DNA of 64,000 bases from Bacillota bacterium (GCA_011048995.1 DSCS01000025.1:3444-67443), one strand, 5' to 3'; positions 37,660-48,891 are shown, numbered from the stretch's first letter. Notes: generated from the letters alone by a model not told the origin. Numbers and translations: made by a program.

Positions 37660-38428
37660 ACAGGTCCAAAAGTTTTCTTAAAGGATGATGAAAAGGGGGA
37701 TTCGAAGCCAGGATGTCATCATGGCCAGGAAACCAAGGAGCCCCGCTCAGTCGGGTGGCCATCCCTCCGCTCTCTTTGACTAAAAGGACACCGGCAGCCA
37801 TATCCCATATTTTAAGATTTGTCTCCCAGTAGGCGTCAAAGCGGCCGCAGGAGACGTAGGCTAAATCCAAAGAGGCCGCTCCCATGCGCCGTATTCCGCG
37901 AACATTAAGAGTCACACGGCTGAAATTTCCCGTATTGTTATAATTGTCCGGACTCCGGTCATAGGGAAATCCTGTGGCCACGATCCCCGAACCGATCTCT
38001 TTTCTTGAAGAAACCCAAATCGGCTTTCCATTCAAAAAGCTTCCGTTCCCCATTTCGACACAAAACTCTTCTTTCCGAAGAGGATCGATAATAACCCCTA
38101 ATACAGGGGCTCCCTCACGGATCAAAGCAATCGAAAGAGCAAAATGCGGGATTCCGAAAGCGAAATTATTGGTTCCGTCCAAAGGATCGACAGCCCAATA
38201 GGTCTCCCCGGGAGTAGAGGTCCCGGGACATGTTTCCTCCGCTTGTACCGGCCAGGGAGTCTGTGAAAGGTCTCTCAGCAACACTTCTTCAGAACGCCGG
38301 TCAAACTCCGTCACCAGTTCACGTTGAGATTTATGTAAAAGAGAAAGCCCTTTGGAGCCAAACCCTTCAGCCAATATTTTTGCGGCCTTACGGCCGGACT
38401 GCAGCGCAAATTCCATCACATCGCTCAT
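37646..38428 (-). CDS. suhB: Inositol monophosphatase family protein
   Basis: VDPLDGTNNF, ATGFPY, RRMGAASLD, WDMAAG. Confidence 0.93.
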   Translation of the reverse strand: MSDVMEFALQSGRKAAKILAEGFGSKGLSLLHKSQRELVTEFDRRSEEVLLRDLSQTPWPVQAEETCPGTSTPGETYWAVDPLDGTNNFAFGIPHFALSIALIREGAPVLGVIIDPLRKEEFCVEMGNGSFLNGKPIWVSSRKEIGSGIVATGFPYDRSPDNYNNTGNFSRVTLNVRGIRRMGAASLDLAYVSCGRFDAYWETNLKIWDMAAGVLLVKESGGMATRLSGAPWFPGHDDILASNPPFHHPLRKLLDLYDPI

Positions 38429-38535
38429 AATACCTCCTGTTTCATTATACTGCGCAAAGCGGCCTTTTCAATGTATAAAAAACCCTTGATAAAGAAACAA
38501 GGTGAATTACAATGTGAGAGGGAAAGGAGTCCTAC

Positions 38536-39756
38536 ATGAAAAAAGCTTATCGCGGAACCGTGGCTATTTTGACAGGGGGCGGTGACACCTGCGCTCTCAA
38601 CCGAAGTATAGAGACCATAAAGAATGTGGCTTATCTTCTGGACTATCGGGTCTTAGGAGTCTATGCCGGATGGAAAGGCCTCTTGGGGGACGGGTTTTTG
38701 GTCGATATGTCAGAACAATCCATAAACGGCCATATCGGCGGCTCCATACTAGGGTCTTCCCGGACAAATCCTTATAAAGAAGGACAGAACCGTGTCAATG
38801 AACTGTTAAACAATATTAAGCGTTACGGAATCGACATCATCATCTCTATCGGGGGAGACGATACTAACGGCGTCGCTCAAAAGCTTTATAAAGATCACGG
38901 GATCGCCGTTATCGGATTCCCTAAAACGATTGATAATGATATCAAGACCCAGACAATGCATTATCTGAGCGACGGCCATTCTGTCGAAGCCGCTCTTTGC
39001 CCGGGCTTCCCCACAGCCGCTCAGAATATTGTCCAATTGACAGCCTCCTTACGGACAACAGCGATGACTCATAACCGTATTTTTGTGCTTGAGATCATGG
39101 GCCGGGATGCCGGTTGGCTTCCTGCTTCTTCAGCCTATGGGGGAGCTGATTTCGTGCTGATTCCCGAAGTCCCCATGACCAGGGAAAGGATTCAGCACTT
39201 TTACGACCTTGTGCGCGACATGCATGACAATCAACACAATGATATCATTATCGGTGTTTCAGAAGGCGTACGCTGGTGGAATGAAAAATCCGGACAATGT
39301 GACGTGGTCATGGAGAGCCGTGAATTGGACGCTTTCGGACATCCCCGACTGGGAGGCGTAGGAGCCATGATCGCAAACCGTTTAAGAGAAGAGGGCATCA
39401 ATCAGCCCCGCACTCAGGTGGCCGGATACATTCCCCGCTCAGGGCGCATATCAGAATTTGATCATCAAGTCGCCTCGGCCTTGGGGCAAATGGTCTTAAA
39501 AATGATCCTCCATGAGCAATTCGGCTGCATGCCTGTTCTGGACCACATCGCTCCCTTCAGGGAAGTCGAAGCTTATAACACAAAAATTATTTCTTTGGAG
39601 GCATTAGGAAACAAAGGGTTCGCTGCTGAGACCTATTATGACGAGACCCGTTTTAATGTTACTGACCATTACCGTAATTTCATTCAAATGATGCTGCCGG
39701 AAGGACCCAAACTACCACAAAAAATCAAATACTCAAAAATGACGCCCGGTCAATAA
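38536..39756 (+). CDS. pfkA: 6-phosphofructokinase, probably PPi-dependent
   Basis: TGGGD, GSSRTNP, IGGDDT, PKTIDND, MGRDAGW. Confidence 0.9.
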   Translation: MKKAYRGTVAILTGGGDTCALNRSIETIKNVAYLLDYRVLGVYAGWKGLLGDGFLVDMSEQSINGHIGGSILGSSRTNPYKEGQNRVNELLNNIKRYGIDIIISIGGDDTNGVAQKLYKDHGIAVIGFPKTIDNDIKTQTMHYLSDGHSVEAALCPGFPTAAQNIVQLTASLRTTAMTHNRIFVLEIMGRDAGWLPASSAYGGADFVLIPEVPMTRERIQHFYDLVRDMHDNQHNDIIIGVSEGVRWWNEKSGQCDVVMESRELDAFGHPRLGGVGAMIANRLREEGINQPRTQVAGYIPRSGRISEFDHQVASALGQMVLKMILHEQFGCMPVLDHIAPFREVEAYNTKIISLEALGNKGFAAETYYDETRFNVTDHYRNFIQMMLPEGPKLPQKIKYSKMTPGQ

Positions 39757-39780
39757 GAATAAAGACTCCGGTCCTCCCGT

Positions 39781-40800
39781 TCATAGCTGAGCGGGAGAGG
39801 ACCCTTCCGGGGTTTTATAGACTTTGACTTCCCCCTCTTCCCAGAAAGTAGCGAGGTAGCGGTAATCCGACTCTCCTGAGATAATGATCCGCCCCGGCTC
39901 TTTTAAAAGCGCCTCTTCCTCTCCCGGAACTGTAACAAAATAGATTTGAACAGGAAGCCTTTTCCAGCCTTTCATCAATTTTGTTTTATATTCTGAGCAG
40001 CCACTCGTTTCAAAAGGAAAGGCACGACCTTCAAACCGTGCAGCTTCGCATTGATAGCGCACATCAATAAGGACACGGGCCATTTCAGCGCGATGTTCCA
40101 CAGCGGTGAAATCCCGTAGAAAGAGAAAAAGCAAAGCGATCAACCCTATATGAAGAAATATACGGGAAAAGAAAAGGGGATAATTATTTTGTTTGATCAA
40201 CCGGAAAAGGCGGTAGAAAAGCAACGCGTAAAAAACGAAAAGAACCATCCAAAGAAAAGGGCCGGGATAAAGGTGGTACCGGTCGGCGATTCCCGATCTC
40301 AAAAATGAAAAAAACCTCAGCAATACTTCATTAAGAAGAATAATTCCCCCTGCTGCAAAAAGAGCAAAAAGGCCTAAGGCCACATAGTCATTTTTTTTCT
40401 TCGGTTTTGTCAGGGGAATCCCTTTACCCTCCAAAACCGCAAAAAGCTCTTTTAAATGCGTAAACATATAGGAGTGGAGCTTGAGGACTTTTTTCCGCTT
40501 CCCTGCGCGATAAGTGATCTTGTAAAACTCCCGCCCTCCCACACGATGGACATAAAGGACCTCAGTCAAATCCGTGTACGGAATCTTTAAGGAACGCCAG
40601 CCGGTTTTATAGAGGAGAAAGCCCGTATAGACTTTGACAAAAGAGCGGATCTCACCGATAAAATGTGATAAAAAAAACAACCCCAAGCCGGCGGCGGGCC
40701 AAGGCCCGCCGAACCGATAGACTAAATAAAGAAGGATAAGAAAAAAAAGAGCCTGTATTCCAATATAAAGCGGGTGCTTTCGTGTTAAGCGTTCACCCAT
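39781..40800 (-). CDS. Hypothetical membrane protein
   Basis: Several TM segments with a soluble PH-like stretch (IPYTDLTEV); overlaps the end of the gamma-subunit gene. Confidence 0.7.
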   Translation of the reverse strand: MGERLTRKHPLYIGIQALFFLILLYLVYRFGGPWPAAGLGLFFLSHFIGEIRSFVKVYTGFLLYKTGWRSLKIPYTDLTEVLYVHRVGGREFYKITYRAGKRKKVLKLHSYMFTHLKELFAVLEGKGIPLTKPKKKNDYVALGLFALFAAGGIILLNEVLLRFFSFLRSGIADRYHLYPGPFLWMVLFVFYALLFYRLFRLIKQNNYPLFFSRIFLHIGLIALLFLFLRDFTAVEHRAEMARVLIDVRYQCEAARFEGRAFPFETSGCSEYKTKLMKGWKRLPVQIYFVTVPGEEEALLKEPGRIIISGESDYRYLATFWEEGEVKVYKTPEGSSPAQL

Positions 40801-41335
40801 TGATCCCCAGCTGATACCCGGCATCAAACGCAGCAATATTCTTCTCTTCTGTCCCGGCAGGGACATTATGCCGGATGGCTTTTTTACAGGCTTCGGGGGA
40901 TATCATCTGCGTCTTGGCTGAAAAAAGGCCCAAGGCAACGATATTGGCGGCCAACGGCCGGGCCATGATCCGGATCGATTCCTCCGTAAATGCTCCCGCA
41001 GAAAGAGACGCTCTCCGGGGAATCCGCCCTTCAGTCACAACTTTTCCGGTCTCAGTGATAATCACGGCATTCTCGTGAATATGTGCCAAATGGCGGTCTA
41101 AACCGGACTGGCTCATGGCCACCAGGGCGTGAGCCCGGGTGATTTTCGGGTAGTCGACCGGCTCATCTGAAATAATAACGTAAGACTCGGCAATCCCTCC
41201 GCGGGACTCCGGACCGTAATAAACCGTTTGAACACTGTGTTTTTTCTCATAGATCGAGGCTGCTTCAGCAGCAATCTTCCCGCAAAGGATCATCCCCTGG
41301 CCGCCTATGCCGCTGAATATGATTTCATAACGCAT
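40793..41335 (-). CDS. korC: 2-oxoacid:ferredoxin oxidoreductase gamma subunit
   Basis: SGIGGQG, YGPESRGG, NIVALG. Confidence 0.9.
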   Translation of the reverse strand: MRYEIIFSGIGGQGMILCGKIAAEAASIYEKKHSVQTVYYGPESRGGIAESYVIISDEPVDYPKITRAHALVAMSQSGLDRHLAHIHENAVIITETGKVVTEGRIPRRASLSAGAFTEESIRIMARPLAANIVALGLFSAKTQMISPEACKKAIRHNVPAGTEEKNIAAFDAGYQLGING

Positions 41336-41336
41336 A

Positions 41337-42155
41337 TCAGATTCCTCCCCGGGCTTTTTTTAATACAAGTTCGTCATAAGTCTCGACATATTCCGGGCGG
41401 GTTTCCTGGCGAAAAATCCCGGTAATGATCTTCCCTTCACGCTCTTCGGCTTCCATGGATTCTGCTTTGACTTTGGAGACCGACCGGCTTCTAATCCATT
41501 CTATCATTTCATAAGGCGATTTCATTTTATTTCTTTTCCCGAAACGCTCATGACAATTACTGACCACCTCAATGAGAGAAAAACCTTTGTTCTTTAACCC
41601 TTCATGGATAACTTTCTCCATTTCCCGTGGATTTGCGACGGTAGACCGGGCGACAAAGGTCGCTCCTGCGCCCAAAGCGAGTTCCACGATATCAAAAGAA
41701 GGGTCGATGTGGCCGTAGGGCGCCGTGGAAGCAAAATACCCCTTGGGTGTAGTAGGAGAATACTGCCCCCCTGTCATTCCGTAAATATTGTTATTGAACA
41801 GGATAACAGTCAAATTGATATTTCTCCGGGCGGCATGAATAAAATGATTGCCTCCGATAGCGGTGGCATCTCCGTCTCCGGTAAAAACAATAACATTGAG
41901 CTCAGGCTTAGCCATTTTGATCCCGGTAGCAAAAGGAATGGCACGTCCGTGCAAAGTATGCAGAGAATTAAAATCCAGATATCCTGTCGCGCGGCTGGAA
42001 CATCCGATGCCGGAAACAGCCATGACAGAATCTTTCTCCCATCCCATCTTGTCAATTGCCCGAATGGCTCCTTTGAGAATAATACCGTTTCCGCAACCGT
42101 AACACCAGATATGCGGTAATTTGTCCAGTCTTAAGTATTCAGCATAATCAAACAT
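41337..42155 (-). CDS. korB: 2-oxoacid:ferredoxin oxidoreductase beta subunit
   Basis: WCYGCG, SGIGCS, GDGD...NN TPP motif, YGMTGGQYSPT. Confidence 0.94.
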   Translation of the reverse strand: MFDYAEYLRLDKLPHIWCYGCGNGIILKGAIRAIDKMGWEKDSVMAVSGIGCSSRATGYLDFNSLHTLHGRAIPFATGIKMAKPELNVIVFTGDGDATAIGGNHFIHAARRNINLTVILFNNNIYGMTGGQYSPTTPKGYFASTAPYGHIDPSFDIVELALGAGATFVARSTVANPREMEKVIHEGLKNKGFSLIEVVSNCHERFGKRNKMKSPYEMIEWIRSRSVSKVKAESMEAEEREGKIITGIFRQETRPEYVETYDELVLKKARGGI

Positions 42156-43274
42156 TTAAAGCACCCCCTCGACCTGCCGGATTATTTCATCAGGGGAGAT
42201 CATTTCACTGTTCAACTGGTTCACAGGAATCAGTTTTTCGTCAGAAATGAATTTTCGGCATTCATCGGCCAGCTGCCCTTTATTCATCTCGACAACAAGT
42301 ACTTTTTTAGACCGTGCTGCCAAAGCCGACAGACGTTTTTCAGGGAATGGCCAAACAGTCACCGGACGGAAGACAGCGGCGGAAATCCCCCGGCTGTTCA
42401 GTTCCTGACAGGCCATCTTCGCACTTCGCGCCTGTGTTCCCGCAGAAACAAGAAGGATTTCCGGATTATCCGCTCCGGATTCTTCCCATTTCTGTAACTC
42501 TTCGATATTGTTCTCTATTTTACGATACATCCGATCCATGTTCTTTTGTATATTTTCACCGCTCACGTCGGGGAACCCGGTTTCGTCATGGAAAAGCCCT
42601 GTCACGTGAAAACGAAGCCCCTCTCCATAATTTGCTGTCAAAGGGATGTCGTCTTTCATCGCATAAGGGCGATATCGGCCGTCACGACTTTGGATCTTTT
42701 CCCGTTCGAAAACGGAAATATCATCCTTGATCTCAACCGATTCATTCATCTTTCCGAGAATCTCATCCATGAGGAAGATCACAGGCTGCCGGAAACGCTC
42801 GGCGAGGTTAAAGGCCCGAATAATTTCATAATAGGTCTCCGGAACGGATTCCGGATAAAGTGCAATAACCGGATGATCTCCATGAGTCCCCCAGCGGGCC
42901 TGCATAATATCTCCCTGGGACGGCCCGGTCGGATGGCCCGTGGACGGCCCCCCGCGCATCACGTTGACAACGACAAACGGGATCTCAGCCATAATGCCGT
43001 ACCCTAAAGCCTCTTGCATAAGCGAAAAACCGGGACCAGATGTCGCCGTCATACTTTTGCTTCCGGCTAAAGAGGCACCGATTATAGATGCAATAGAAGC
43101 GATCTCATCTTCCATTTGAATGAAACGGCCTCCGCTGCAAGGCAAGAGCCTGGCACATTGCTCTGCGATTTCCGAGGACGGTGTGATAGGATACCCACCG
43201 AAAAAACGCAGCCCCGCCCGCATGGCGCCCAGAGCACACGCTTCATTTCCCTGTAAAAACTTAATTTCTCCCAT
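42156..43274 (-). CDS. korA: 2-oxoacid:ferredoxin oxidoreductase alpha subunit
   Basis: GYPITPSSE, QMEDEIAS, TATSGPGFSLM, RGGPSTG. Confidence 0.94.
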   Translation of the reverse strand: MGEIKFLQGNEACALGAMRAGLRFFGGYPITPSSEIAEQCARLLPCSGGRFIQMEDEIASIASIIGASLAGSKSMTATSGPGFSLMQEALGYGIMAEIPFVVVNVMRGGPSTGHPTGPSQGDIMQARWGTHGDHPVIALYPESVPETYYEIIRAFNLAERFRQPVIFLMDEILGKMNESVEIKDDISVFEREKIQSRDGRYRPYAMKDDIPLTANYGEGLRFHVTGLFHDETGFPDVSGENIQKNMDRMYRKIENNIEELQKWEESGADNPEILLVSAGTQARSAKMACQELNSRGISAAVFRPVTVWPFPEKRLSALAARSKKVLVVEMNKGQLADECRKFISDEKLIPVNQLNSEMISPDEIIRQVEGVL

Positions 43275-43286
43275 GATCTTCCCCTC

Positions 43287-43493
43287 TTATTTTATTTCTT
43301 CGATTTCAATGGCAAAATCAGGACAGTAATTTTCACATTGCAGACAACCGATACATTTGTCTGCGTCAACAACAGAAGCCCGAAACTCCTTGTCAGGCCC
43401 GATGGCCTTAGTCGGGCAATAACTGTAGCACAACCCGCAGGCTTTACAGAAATCCAAATTGATCTTGATCAGAAATTCTTTTTTGCCGGCCAC
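43287..43493 (-). CDS. korD: 2x[4Fe-4S] ferredoxin (delta subunit)
   Basis: CKACGLC...CP and CIGCLQC...CP; GTG start after AGGAGG; promoter TTTACT-16-TATAAT at 43531-43558. Confidence 0.9.
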   Translation of the reverse strand: MAGKKEFLIKINLDFCKACGLCYSYCPTKAIGPDKEFRASVVDADKCIGCLQCENYCPDFAIEIEEIK

Positions 43494-43565
43494 GTCTTCC
43501 TCCTTGTTATTCCCAGGGTCACCTGCGGCCATTATAATAGCCGAAGGGGAGAAGTAAAGGATATT

Positions 43566-44432
43566 TTAAAAAAATGCTTTTACAGCTTCTGCAATATCAA
43601 CAGGAAGATCCACGACAGCCGCTCCGGCCTCCCGGAAGAGGCTGATCTTGCTTTCTGCCGTCCCTTTTCCCCCCTGAATGATCGCCCCTGCATGCCCCAT
43701 ACGCTTCCCGTCGGGAGCCGTCTTTCCGGCAATGAATACAGTCACCGGCTTGCTGAAATGCTCTTTTATAAAGGCAGCAGCCATCTCTTCGTCACTTCCG
43801 CCGATTTCCCCGATCAGAACGACAGCCTCCGTCGCGGGATCCTTTTCAAAAGCTTCCAGACAATCTGTAAACTTCGTCCCGATAACAGGGTCCCCGCCGA
43901 TTCCGATAACGGTGGATTGGCCGAGTCCGGCCGCAGAAAGAGTATGGACCACTTCATAGGTCAGCGTCCCGCTCCGGGAAATAACGCCTACCGCCCCCTT
44001 TTTAAAAATATGCCCGGGCATGATCCCGATCTTTGTCTCTCCCGGAGTGATGATACCGGGACAATTGGGGCCGAAAAGCCGCACGCCCCGTGTCCGGACA
44101 AAATGAGCCGCCATCATCATATCCGCCACGGGAATCCCCTCTGTAATGCAGACAATATTCCGGACTCCGGCTTCAGCGGCTTCAATAATGGACCCGGCGG
44201 CAAAAGCCGGCGGAATATAAATAATAGAAGTATCGGCGCCTGTCCTGGAAACAGCTTCAGACATCGTATTAAAGACAGGGACTCCTTCGACATTCATCCC
44301 CCCTTTAAAGGGCGTCACCCCTCCGACGACCTTTGTCCCGTATTCCAGCATTTTCTTTGTATGAAACGAGCCGTCACGGCCGGTAATACCTTGAACGATG
44401 ACCTGTGTCTCTTTATTGACGAAAATACCCAT
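43566..44432 (-). CDS. sucD: Succinyl-CoA synthetase alpha subunit
   Basis: [26 protein letters not shown]. Confidence 0.96.
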   Translation of the reverse strand: MGIFVNKETQVIVQGITGRDGSFHTKKMLEYGTKVVGGVTPFKGGMNVEGVPVFNTMSEAVSRTGADTSIIYIPPAFAAGSIIEAAEAGVRNIVCITEGIPVADMMMAAHFVRTRGVRLFGPNCPGIITPGETKIGIMPGHIFKKGAVGVISRSGTLTYEVVHTLSAAGLGQSTVIGIGGDPVIGTKFTDCLEAFEKDPATEAVVLIGEIGGSDEEMAAAFIKEHFSKPVTVFIAGKTAPDGKRMGHAGAIIQGGKGTAESKISLFREAGAAVVDLPVDIAEAVKAFF

Positions 44433-45604
44433 TACATTCCTCCCCTTTGGCTTCGTTGATAGACCTCTTTAAGATGTATCACAGCCTCTCTGAGGTCAGA
44501 AAAAGCGTCATATCCGATACTTTCCAAGATTTCCCGGCCCTCCTTCTCATTGGTCCCTGTCAATCGCATGACAATAGGCCGGTCGATCGGACGCTGAGAG
44601 AGCGCTTTTTTGAACCCGTTGGCGACATCATCACAGCGGGTAATCCCTCCGAAGACATTAATAAAAATAACTTTGATTTTGGGGTTCCGCATTATAATGT
44701 CGAGAGCCTCGATCACTTTTTGCGGATTCGAAGAGCCTCCGATGTCAAGAAAATTAGCCGGTTCCATGCCATAATGTTTAATCATATCCATGGTCGCCAT
44801 GGCCAATCCGGCTCCGTTCACCATACAAGCGACATCGCCATCCATTTTGACAAAACTGAGCCCTTTTTCCCTGGCATGCACTTCCTGCAACTCATCATCG
44901 GGAACGCTTCGGATCTTCACAAGGTCTTCATGCCGGAAAAGGGCATTGTCATCAATGATCATCTTTGCATCCAATGCCAGAAAAGAATCGTCCGAAAGGA
45001 TGACAAGGGGATTGATCTCCACCATGGCAGCATCTCTCTCCACATAGAGACGGTAGAGATTGGTTACCAAATCGGTAAAAGAGCGATACCCCTCTTTTCC
45101 CCTCTCTAAAAAAAGAAACAGCTCTCTGATATGATGTTCCTGAATTCCTGTCAGGGGGTTGACCCTGACCTTCTTAATGCTTTCGGGATCTTCCAAGGCG
45201 GTTTCTTCGATTTCAACCCCTCCCCGGGCGGAGAGCATCAGAACCGGAGTCTGCGTTTCTCTGTCATAAGTAATACTGAAATAGATCTCCTTCTGAAAAA
45301 CCAGCTGCTCTTCGACAAGAAGGGAGTGCACGGTTTCCCCTTTTCCCGCAGTCTGATAGGTTTCCAAAGGTTTTCCCAAAAGGGCTTTTGCGGCTTCTTC
45401 CGCCTCTTTCGGTGTCCCTGCTAATCGGACACCCCCGGCTTTTCCGCGCCCTCCGGCAAGGATCTGAGCCTTAACGACACATTTCCCCCCGAGATGCTGA
45501 ACGGGTTGTGATAACATCGATAATTCTTTGACGACAAACCCTTCAGGAACAGGAATATGATATTCTTTCAAAAGCTGTTTGGCCTGATATTCCAATAATT
45601 TCAT
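44432..45604 (-). CDS. sucC: Succinyl-CoA synthetase beta subunit
   Basis: [38 protein letters not shown]. Confidence 0.96.
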   Translation of the reverse strand: MKLLEYQAKQLLKEYHIPVPEGFVVKELSMLSQPVQHLGGKCVVKAQILAGGRGKAGGVRLAGTPKEAEEAAKALLGKPLETYQTAGKGETVHSLLVEEQLVFQKEIYFSITYDRETQTPVLMLSARGGVEIEETALEDPESIKKVRVNPLTGIQEHHIRELFLFLERGKEGYRSFTDLVTNLYRLYVERDAAMVEINPLVILSDDSFLALDAKMIIDDNALFRHEDLVKIRSVPDDELQEVHAREKGLSFVKMDGDVACMVNGAGLAMATMDMIKHYGMEPANFLDIGGSSNPQKVIEALDIIMRNPKIKVIFINVFGGITRCDDVANGFKKALSQRPIDRPIVMRLTGTNEKEGREILESIGYDAFSDLREAVIHLKEVYQRSQRGGM

Positions 45605-46140
45605 GATGATTCCTCCCTCATGTTATAAATATCATTCCCCTGAATGTCCAATCCCACAAAACAGGGAAATTCAAAGAGCTCTACCTTGTAGACAGCTTCA
45701 GGCCCCAGGTCTTCAAAAGCAATGGGGGCGATCTTTCTCACATGCCGGGAAAGAAGAGCCGCAGCTCCCCCTGCAGTCACAAGATAGACGCGTTGAAAAC
45801 GGATAAAAGCCTCCCGGGTCTCAGATCCCCGCCGGCCTTTGCCTAACGCTCCCAACATTCCATGCTCCAATAAAAGCGGAGTATAAGGATCCATGCGCCG
45901 GCTGGTCGTCGGGCCAATAGCACCGCAGATCTGCCCCGGAGGTGCAGGCGCCGGCCCGGCGTAAAAAATAAGGGAATCTTTTAACTCAAAAGGAAGTTCT
46001 TGTTTTTTCCTGATCATTTGTGCTAAACGCCGATGAGCCAGATCCCGGGCCGTAAAAACAGTCCCTGTCAATGCGAGCGGAGTACCTGCCGGAAAAGTGA
46101 GGAGCTTCTCCTTATCAGCCGGCAGGTGAATAGAAATCAT
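45601..46140 (-). CDS. Fe-S fumarate/tartrate hydro-lyase beta subunit
   Basis: TARDLAH, GPTTSRRMD, GKG, EDLGPEA. Confidence 0.92.
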   Translation of the reverse strand: MISIHLPADKEKLLTFPAGTPLALTGTVFTARDLAHRRLAQMIRKKQELPFELKDSLIFYAGPAPAPPGQICGAIGPTTSRRMDPYTPLLLEHGMLGALGKGRRGSETREAFIRFQRVYLVTAGGAAALLSRHVRKIAPIAFEDLGPEAVYKVELFEFPCFVGLDIQGNDIYNMREESS

Positions 46141-46985
46141 AAGACCACCTGTGCATACCGTGCAGAGTGACAATTGATGTTGACGGCCAGTGGGAAACTG
46201 GCGATATGGCAAGGAGCCGTCTCAATAAAAGTATCCAAAACCGTCACCCCACGGCCGAAACCCTGTATTCCGACTCCGGACAACGTATTCACATGAGACG
46301 TGATCTTCTCTTCCAGAGCTGCCATTAAAGGATCCGGGTGTCTCTGCCTCACAGGGCGGAACAATGCTTTTTTCGCTAACCAGGGAGCATGATCGAAACT
46401 GCCGCCCATTCCGATTCCCAAAAAGAGGGGCGGGCAGGGATCCGGGCCGGCTTCTGTGACTGTATCCAGGACAAATTGCAAAACACCCTCTTCTCCCGCA
46501 TCGGTATTCAACATGGACATCCGGCTTTTATTTTCGCTTCCCCCGCCTTTGGCCATAAAATTGATCTCCAGCTCATCCCCTTCTACAATTTCATAGTGGA
46601 TGATAACCGGAGTATTTGTCCCTGTATTAATACGGCGCAGGGGGCTTTTGACAACAGATTTCCTTAAAAAGAGAGAAGCATATTGTGAGGCGGCAGCTTC
46701 ATTTAACGCCCCCTCCAGAGATCCTCCTTCGATGACAACCGATCCCCCCAGTCGTATGTAAAAAAAAGCCAGTCCTGTATCCTGACAAAGGGGGACTTTT
46801 TCCCGGGCCGAAACATCCATATTCCTTTGAATCATTTCCAGGGAATCACGGCCGGGGCCGTCTCCGCCGGAGTCAGCGGAACGGAGGGCTTTTTCAACAC
46901 CTTCCGGTAATCGGAAAGAAGCTTTTTGAATCAAATCTTCGGCCGCCCGAAGAACGGTTTGATATCCGATACTGCGGCAAAACAT
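46137..46985 (-). CDS. Fe-S fumarate/tartrate hydro-lyase alpha subunit
   Basis: PLCQDTG, KGGGSEN, PCPP, CHIAS, CHSAR. Confidence 0.92.
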   Translation of the reverse strand: MFCRSIGYQTVLRAAEDLIQKASFRLPEGVEKALRSADSGGDGPGRDSLEMIQRNMDVSAREKVPLCQDTGLAFFYIRLGGSVVIEGGSLEGALNEAAASQYASLFLRKSVVKSPLRRINTGTNTPVIIHYEIVEGDELEINFMAKGGGSENKSRMSMLNTDAGEEGVLQFVLDTVTEAGPDPCPPLFLGIGMGGSFDHAPWLAKKALFRPVRQRHPDPLMAALEEKITSHVNTLSGVGIQGFGRGVTVLDTFIETAPCHIASFPLAVNINCHSARYAQVVL

Positions 46986-48412
46986 CAGACCTCCCCGGGA
47001 TAATCATCCCGTCCTGAATAACTTTCAAAACGCCCGAACTCTTTGAGGAAAGTAAGTTTTTTCGTCCCAATGGGGCCATTTCTGTTTTTAGCTACATTGA
47101 TCTCCACCGATTTATCTTCTGCGGCCCCTTCCTGGTCCTGATAATAATCCTCCCGGTAGAGAAACATGACAATATCGGCATCCTGTTCAATGGATCCCGA
47201 CTCTCGCAAGTCGGAGAGCATGGGCCGCTTTTTGGGCCTGTTTTCAACGCTGCGGGAAAGCTGGGACAAGGCAATGACCGGAACTTTAAACTCTTTGGCC
47301 AATTCTTTCAGCTGACGGGAAATCATAGTGATTTTCGCATTCATGCTTTCATAATTGCCCATGGTGTTCATTAGCTGTAAGTAGTCAACGATAACCAGGT
47401 GATAATCTTTCTGAGTGAAAAGGCGGCGGAGCTTAGCCTTCAACTGAAGAGGAGTGATTCCCGCAGTGTCATCCACGTAAACGGGAAGGCGTGAAAGCTG
47501 AGAACCGGTAGAGTGAAGGCGTTTTAAATCCTCCTTGGTGATATACCCCTTCATCGCTTCATGCCCCCGTATCTTTGAGTGCATAAAAATAAAACGGCGG
47601 GCAATCTCCTCCTCAGACATCTCAAGACTGAAAAAAACGACTCCTTTATCGCCGGTCTCGGCAATATTCAGGGCCACATTAAGGGCAAAGGCTGTCTTTC
47701 CCATTCCCGGACGTCCGGCGATAATGATAAGCTGTCCCGGTTTAAATCCGCCGGTAATTTCATCCACAAGCTGATACCCTGTCTCAATATCGCTCTTCAC
47801 GATCTTTTGATCTTTGATATCTTCAATATAGGTGATCTGCTGCGGCACCAGGTCTTCCAATGTGGAAAAGCTCTTTTTAATCTTTCGCTCCTGCACAATG
47901 TCAAAAATCCGCTCCTCAGCAGTCTCCAGGATCTTGTCCACGTCATAGGGCAAATTCTCAATATCATTGGATGTGGAAATCAATGCGCTGCGAAGCTTTC
48001 TGAGAATATATTTATGACGAATGATTTCAATATATCCGTCATAGTTGATATAGGAAGAACCCTTTTCCCATAATGCGCGGATTGTGTCAAACCCGCCCGC
48101 TTCATCCAGCAAAGACGAACCGTCCTTTAGAGGAAGGCCCTCAGGAGAATGTTTACGGTCACTCAGAAAATTTTTCAAAACCACAGGATCGATGGGAGAA
48201 TTCACATCCTTGCGGAACAGGTCCAAAATACCGTAGTAGATCAGTTGATGCGGACGGGAATAAAACAGATCGATGTTCTCTCCCAATTCGTCTAAGACAT
48301 GGGGGATAATCGTATTATCCAAAAGAAGAGCGCCCAGAAGGGCGCTCTCAGCATCAAGGTCACAGATCTCTTGATAAGTTGTTTTGTCAGAGAGCCGTGG
48401 ATTACGATCCAT
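46985..48412 (-). CDS. dnaB: Replicative DNA helicase
   Basis: GRPGMGKT, FSLEM, VDYLQLM, LSQLSR, DLRESGSIEQDAD, KNRNGP. Confidence 0.98.
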   Translation of the reverse strand: MDRNPRLSDKTTYQEICDLDAESALLGALLLDNTIIPHVLDELGENIDLFYSRPHQLIYYGILDLFRKDVNSPIDPVVLKNFLSDRKHSPEGLPLKDGSSLLDEAGGFDTIRALWEKGSSYINYDGYIEIIRHKYILRKLRSALISTSNDIENLPYDVDKILETAEERIFDIVQERKIKKSFSTLEDLVPQQITYIEDIKDQKIVKSDIETGYQLVDEITGGFKPGQLIIIAGRPGMGKTAFALNVALNIAETGDKGVVFFSLEMSEEEIARRFIFMHSKIRGHEAMKGYITKEDLKRLHSTGSQLSRLPVYVDDTAGITPLQLKAKLRRLFTQKDYHLVIVDYLQLMNTMGNYESMNAKITMISRQLKELAKEFKVPVIALSQLSRSVENRPKKRPMLSDLRESGSIEQDADIVMFLYREDYYQDQEGAAEDKSVEINVAKNRNGPIGTKKLTFLKEFGRFESYSGRDDYPGEV

Positions 48413-48426
48413 GTATCCGGCTCCGT

Positions 48427-48879
48427 CTATTGGTTCTCTTCCGGTTCCACATTGATTTGAAAGGAAGCTTCAAATCCCTGTGCGAACTTCAGAAGAATAT
48501 CATACTCTCCGACTTTATTGATATGATCGCTCATGACAAGGTACTTTTTATCGACCTCGACATTCTGCTCTTTCAATGCTTCAATGATCTCAGAAGGAGT
48601 CACAGACCCGAACAATTTCCCGTTCTCTCCGGCTTTTTTCCTGAAAGAAAGAACAAGCCCTTTGACCTTATCCAAAACATCCTGGTACTGTTTTTCCTTG
48701 CGTGTTACTTTTTCTTTTTGTTGTTTGACCAGATTATCAACGGACTTTTTCGTTTTATCAGTATAGGGAACTGCCATTCCCTGGGGGACGAGAAAATTTC
48801 GGGCATACCCGTCTTTGACCTTGACGATTTCACCCACTTCGCCCAATTTCGGAACATTGACCTTTAATACGACTTTCAT
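48427..48879 (-). CDS. rplI: 50S ribosomal protein L9
   Basis: VKVKDGYARNFLVP, KLFGSVT. Confidence 0.97.
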   Translation of the reverse strand: MKVVLKVNVPKLGEVGEIVKVKDGYARNFLVPQGMAVPYTDKTKKSVDNLVKQQKEKVTRKEKQYQDVLDKVKGLVLSFRKKAGENGKLFGSVTPSEIIEALKEQNVEVDKKYLVMSDHINKVGEYDILLKFAQGFEASFQINVEPEENQ

Positions 48880-48891
48880 CTCGATCACCGC

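Noticed and set aside
43338-45109. 373-aa and 220-aa plus-strand ORFs
   Set aside because: Antisense to sucD/sucC; typical codon-bias shadow frames
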